From assembly GCA_000388065.2 (NCBI GenBank), contig KB932207.1: a stretch of DNA of 24,939 nt. One strand, written 5' to 3'. Below, piece by piece: positions 21,269-24,939 of this stretch; within the stretch, counting starts at the first letter, position 1; every line of letters starts with the position of its first letter. The notes beneath the pieces were generated by a model. That model did no database searches and had not been told where the DNA came from. It saw only the letters and a list, made by a program, of their open reading frames with translations. This DNA comes from Fonticula alba ATCC 38817. Lineage: Eukaryota > Protista > Nucleariida. Both the position numbers and the translations under genes were made by a program.

Positions 21269-22433
21269 CTGGGAAGGGGAGGAGGGGGGGGGGGAGGGGA
21301 GGGGGAGAGGCGAGGAGAGGGAGGACGCTCGTGGAGGGGGGAGGGAATGGATTGTTCCACAAGGGAGGGAAGGGGGCGGCGGGGCGGGGGGAGGGAGGCG
21401 TCGTATTTCCGGCGGGTGGGTCCGGGATCGCGATCCTGGCGGGGTCCTTTGAGTCGACCGCGCCCCCATCCCCGCGCCCCCTTGCCCCCCGAGGGCAGGA
21501 AAAGGGGGGAGGGGCGAGACGCCCGGGTGTGTGCGCGCGCGCGCACGCCCCCAGTGTCCGGGGGCGGATGGCGTTGCCAAAAGGTCGTGGGCGGCCAGGG
21601 GCACCGGTCGCCGTTCCCCCCCCCCCGCCACCCCCCCCCCGTTGCCTCGCTCGCCCGGGGTGTGGCTCCCAGGCCAAGCGTGCCGGCGGGCGCGAAGGGC
21701 CCCGCGCAGCGTGGGCACGGGTGTGTGTGTGTGTGCGCGTGCGAGTTGTGGACCAGCCGAGAGGCGCCCAATGTGGAGCCCCGCAGGCCCAGACCATGCG
21801 CCCAAGTGTGGCTGTGCTGTGCGCATGCGGGCAGAGCACGCCGCGGAGAGCGGCCCCCGTGCGGCCAGCGTCAAGGGCCCTGCACACGGCCAGGTCCCCA
21901 CGATCGGGCGCACACGCACGCGGTCCAGCCGGCGGAGGGGCGCCGCGGTCACGGTACCAGCGAGGCGAATTTCGACGTCTCGTTTCGGGACCCAGGAACA
22001 CCATTCTAAAGGACTATCGCGCGTTAGCCCGGCTTCCCGCCGCCGGGTGTGTGTTCCGCCGTTTCCGCTGGGCCTTCCGTTGGCGTCTCCCGCCAGCTGC
22101 CGCCTCTTGCGCTGCGCTGACTCCGGTTCCGCGGCCACCGGAAGTGGGGCTGGGACATGGGGATGGTCAGGGTCCTGGTGGCCCCGGTGTCTGCGCTAGA
22201 TCTGGGCGGCCGCTGGGGAGGATGGTTTCCCCGATTCTGCCCCCTGCGGGAGAGGCAAAAAGCCCACCCCCATCGAGGTGCGACACAGGGGGCGCCGAGA
22301 GTATTCCACCCCGGCTCACCTCTTCGCCCTCCCCCACCGCCTCCTTCCTTCCGCACAGGCCCTTACGGTCTAGTGCCTCCGTCTGGCACGCACACCCCTT
22401 CCCCACGCTCTTCCCCCCTCGCCGCCCCGAGTC
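21269..22433. promoter_or_regulatory. Divergent (likely bidirectional) promoter/5'UTR region of NOL6 and USP39
   Basis: Head-to-head starts 1165 bp apart. Candidate 5'UTR introns: 21919-21269 on minus (GTGCGT..CCCAG, abutting the NOL6 ATG) and 22278-22373 on plus (GTGCGA..TCTAG). TSSs are not determined. Confidence 0.5.
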
Positions 22434-22826
22434 ATGACTGCTCCAGCCGGATCTACCGTCCCGGTTGAAGCGAAGCGCGCCCGCCCGGATGGCGAAGCCC
22501 CCGGGACGGGGCTGTCGCAGCGCGAGGCCAAGCGCGCCCGCGATGCCAAGCTCGCCACCAGCTGCCCCTTCCTGGACACGATTGACCGGCGGAAGTTGGA
22601 CTTCGACTTTGCCAAGGTCTGTTCGGTGTCCAACGCCAACCTGAATGTCTATGCGTGTTTGGTGTGCGGCAAGTTCTTCCAGGGTCGCTCGCCGACGAGT
22701 TTCGCGTACCTTCACAGTATTCACGAGAACCACCATGTTTTTCTCCACCTGGAGACGCTAAAAGTGCGGCCGCCGGTTGCCTTCCTTTCCCTCCTTGTTC
22801 CTGTCCCTTTGTCTCCCTCCCTCTTG

Positions 22827-22858
<32 letters not shown>

Positions 22859-23593
22859 CTCTCAATATCCCCCCATGTCCCCCTCTGCCTTTCGGCAGCT
22901 GACCTTTGTCCGTCCCCATTTCCCGGTGCCTTGGCATCCGGATTTCGAACCCACCCTCATTCCTGGTGTTGGCCTCTCTCTCTCCCCCCCCCCCCCCCCC
23001 CGGACCGGGGTTCAGTTCTACTGCCTGCCGGATGATTATGAAATCATCGACTCCTCGCTGGACGACATCAAGTCCCAGCTGCGGCCGGTCTTCCGCTCGG
23101 AGGACGTGGCCGCCCTCCAGTCGACCGGCCAGCGCCGCCCAGCCAAGGACCTCTACGGCCATGAGTATATGCCCGGGTTCATCGGCCTCAACAACATGAC
23201 CAACACCAATGACTATGCGAATGTGGTGATCCAGATGCTGGCACACGTGCCGCCCCTGCGGGACTTCTTCCTGCTGGCTGGCGGCCCGGACGCCGGGTCG
23301 CAGACCACCCGGGTGGCCGAGTCGTCCGGCTTGCTGCGGGCCTTCGGCGAGGTGACCCGGCGCCTGTGGAACCCGCGGCTTTTCAAGAGCCACACCAGTC
23401 CACAGAGCTTCATCGAGGCGGTCAGCATGGCCAGCCGCCGTCGCTTCAACATTACCCACCAATCGGACCCGGTGGATCTGCTGTGCTGGCTGCTGAATCG
23501 CATGCATGCGGATCTCCAGAAGGCCGCGCGCAAGGGCGATCCCTCGAGTGCGTTGCCGCCGTACCGGCTCATCCGCCATCCCCCATCTGCGCC

Positions 23594-23632
<39 letters not shown>

Positions 23633-23725
23633 TTTCCCGTCAGTTCCCAGCCCCATGTCCCGACATCCCAGCGTGTTGTCATATGCCGTGGCGCCTCAAC
23701 GTGTGCTGCTGTCTGCCACATGGGC

Positions 23726-23767
<42 letters not shown>

Positions 23768-24939
23768 CCCCGATCTTTCTCTCCCCGTCTCCCATCTTCC
23801 ATCGATCCTGCCCGTTTGCTTGGGCTTGGGGCGCTGACCACCCTCAACTGCTGTCCCTCTCCCCTGCTATCCCCCTCTCGATAGCCCTCATCACCAAGGC
23901 CTTCCAGGGCCGGGTGCGCGTTCAGTCGGAGCCGCTCATCTCCTCGGAGAAGGGGGCGTCCAAGCATGCGAGTGGCCCCTCCGCCCCGGGGGTTGCCGCC
24001 GCCGCCACCACCACCGACTCGAACTTCTTCTTCCTGACGCTGGACCTGCCCAGCATGTCGCTCTTTACACCGGAGGAGGATCAGACCGACACCGGGGCCC
24101 GGTCGCTCCTCCAGCAGACTACCCTGCCGGTCCTGCTGCAGCGCTTCGACGGCCGGACCCCGGTGGCCGACCTCCGGACCAAGACCCTTCGGCGTTTCCG
24201 CATCCTCGAGGCTCCGGAGTACTTGGTCCTCATTTTCCGGCGTTTCGTCAAGAACCAGTTCCTGCTGGAGGAGCGCAACTCGACCGTCGTCAACTTCGAC
24301 TCCGACCATCTGGACCTGAGCCCATGTGCGTTTGCCATATGCCCACCACCATCCATGTGGCCGGTGTCGTTCCTTCCCTGCCCCGGTGCCTGCACATGCG
24401 CTGGTGGCGCATGTCCATGTGCTTGTTTGGTGGATCTGCTCCCACGCGCGCGTGCACGCATGCATGCACGCACAATCAGACACACGCACACATGCACGCA
24501 CACACACACACACACACACACACAGGCGCAAACTAACCTCCCTCTTCCCCCCCCCCCACCTCCCTCTCTGTGCCTGAACCGTTCTCTCATCCTTCTTTTT
24601 TATGCCCATGCTTCGCTGCGGGCCCTGCGGCGGTTGCAGTCGTCGAGGGTGCCAAGCACGGGCAGGTGACCTATTCCCTGATGAGCTCCGTGTCGTACGA
24701 GGGCGCAGCCGCGCTGGAGGACCTCCAGGAGAAGGTCACCTCCGGGGAGGTGTCCCTCTCGTCGGAGACCACGCGCGATGGGCACTACACCCTACACCTG
24801 GTGGATGACACCTCCGGGCGGTGGTTTGAGCTGCGCGACCTGACCGTCCGGCCGGCCGACAAAAAGTCCCTCTTCTTGCACGAGAACTATTTCCAGATCT
24901 GGCGGCGCAAGCCGGCGGCCCCGGCGCCCTCGAGCGGCA
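22434..24939 (+). CDS. USP39: U4/U6.U5 tri-snRNP-associated protein 2 (USP39/Sad1), 3'-truncated by the window end; exons 22434-22763, 23016-23547, 23885-24325, 24640->24939
   Basis: ZnF-UBP CPFLDTIDRRKLDFDFAKVCSVS..NVYACLVCGKFFQGR..HHVFLHLETLKFYCLPDDYEIIDSSLDDIK; pseudo-catalytic box GLNN..NDYANVVIQ; QSDPVDLLCWLLN; LIFRRFVKNQFLLEERNSTVVNF; WFELRDLTV..YFQIWRRK. Confidence 0.93.

Noticed and set aside
13924-24939. Apparent functional cluster RPS19-NOL6-USP39
   Set aside because: Housekeeping genes are often adjacent in gene-dense genomes; there is no synteny evidence in the window.
1-24939. CRISPR arrays, tRNA, rRNA, transposase or reverse transcriptase genes, telomeric repeats
   Set aside because: No regularly spaced repeat-spacer units, cloverleaf with A/B boxes, rRNA signature, DDE/RT motif or TTAGGG tract found by inspection.

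Overview
Eukaryotic, GC-rich, intron-rich genomic DNA with many microsatellites and G/C homopolymer runs, and two assembly gaps (4655-4874, 12660-12696). No tRNA, rRNA, CRISPR or transposase is recognisable. Manual splicing gives seven protein-coding genes: DTD1 (+, 5 exons), PSMC2/RPT1 (-, 7 exons), COA4 (-, 1 exon), a ~950-aa acidic low-complexity protein that looks like a divergent Mrc1/Claspin (+, 7 exons), RPS19 (+, 3 coding exons), NOL6/UTP22 (-, 7 exons) and USP39/SAD1 (+, 4 exons, truncated by the window end). A fungal-type Rpt1 N-terminus (NWEK) suggests a holomycotan or other opisthokont protist, Fonticula-like (inference only). Most ORFs in the supplied track are artefacts of high GC, repeats or introns. 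Best leads: the Mrc1/Claspin candidate; a 403-bp-offset echo of the NOL6 C-terminus; a strict GTRYG splice-donor code with C at +4; AG-free repeat-filled introns; a USP39 that keeps a GHY His-box; and two possible structured non-coding elements.
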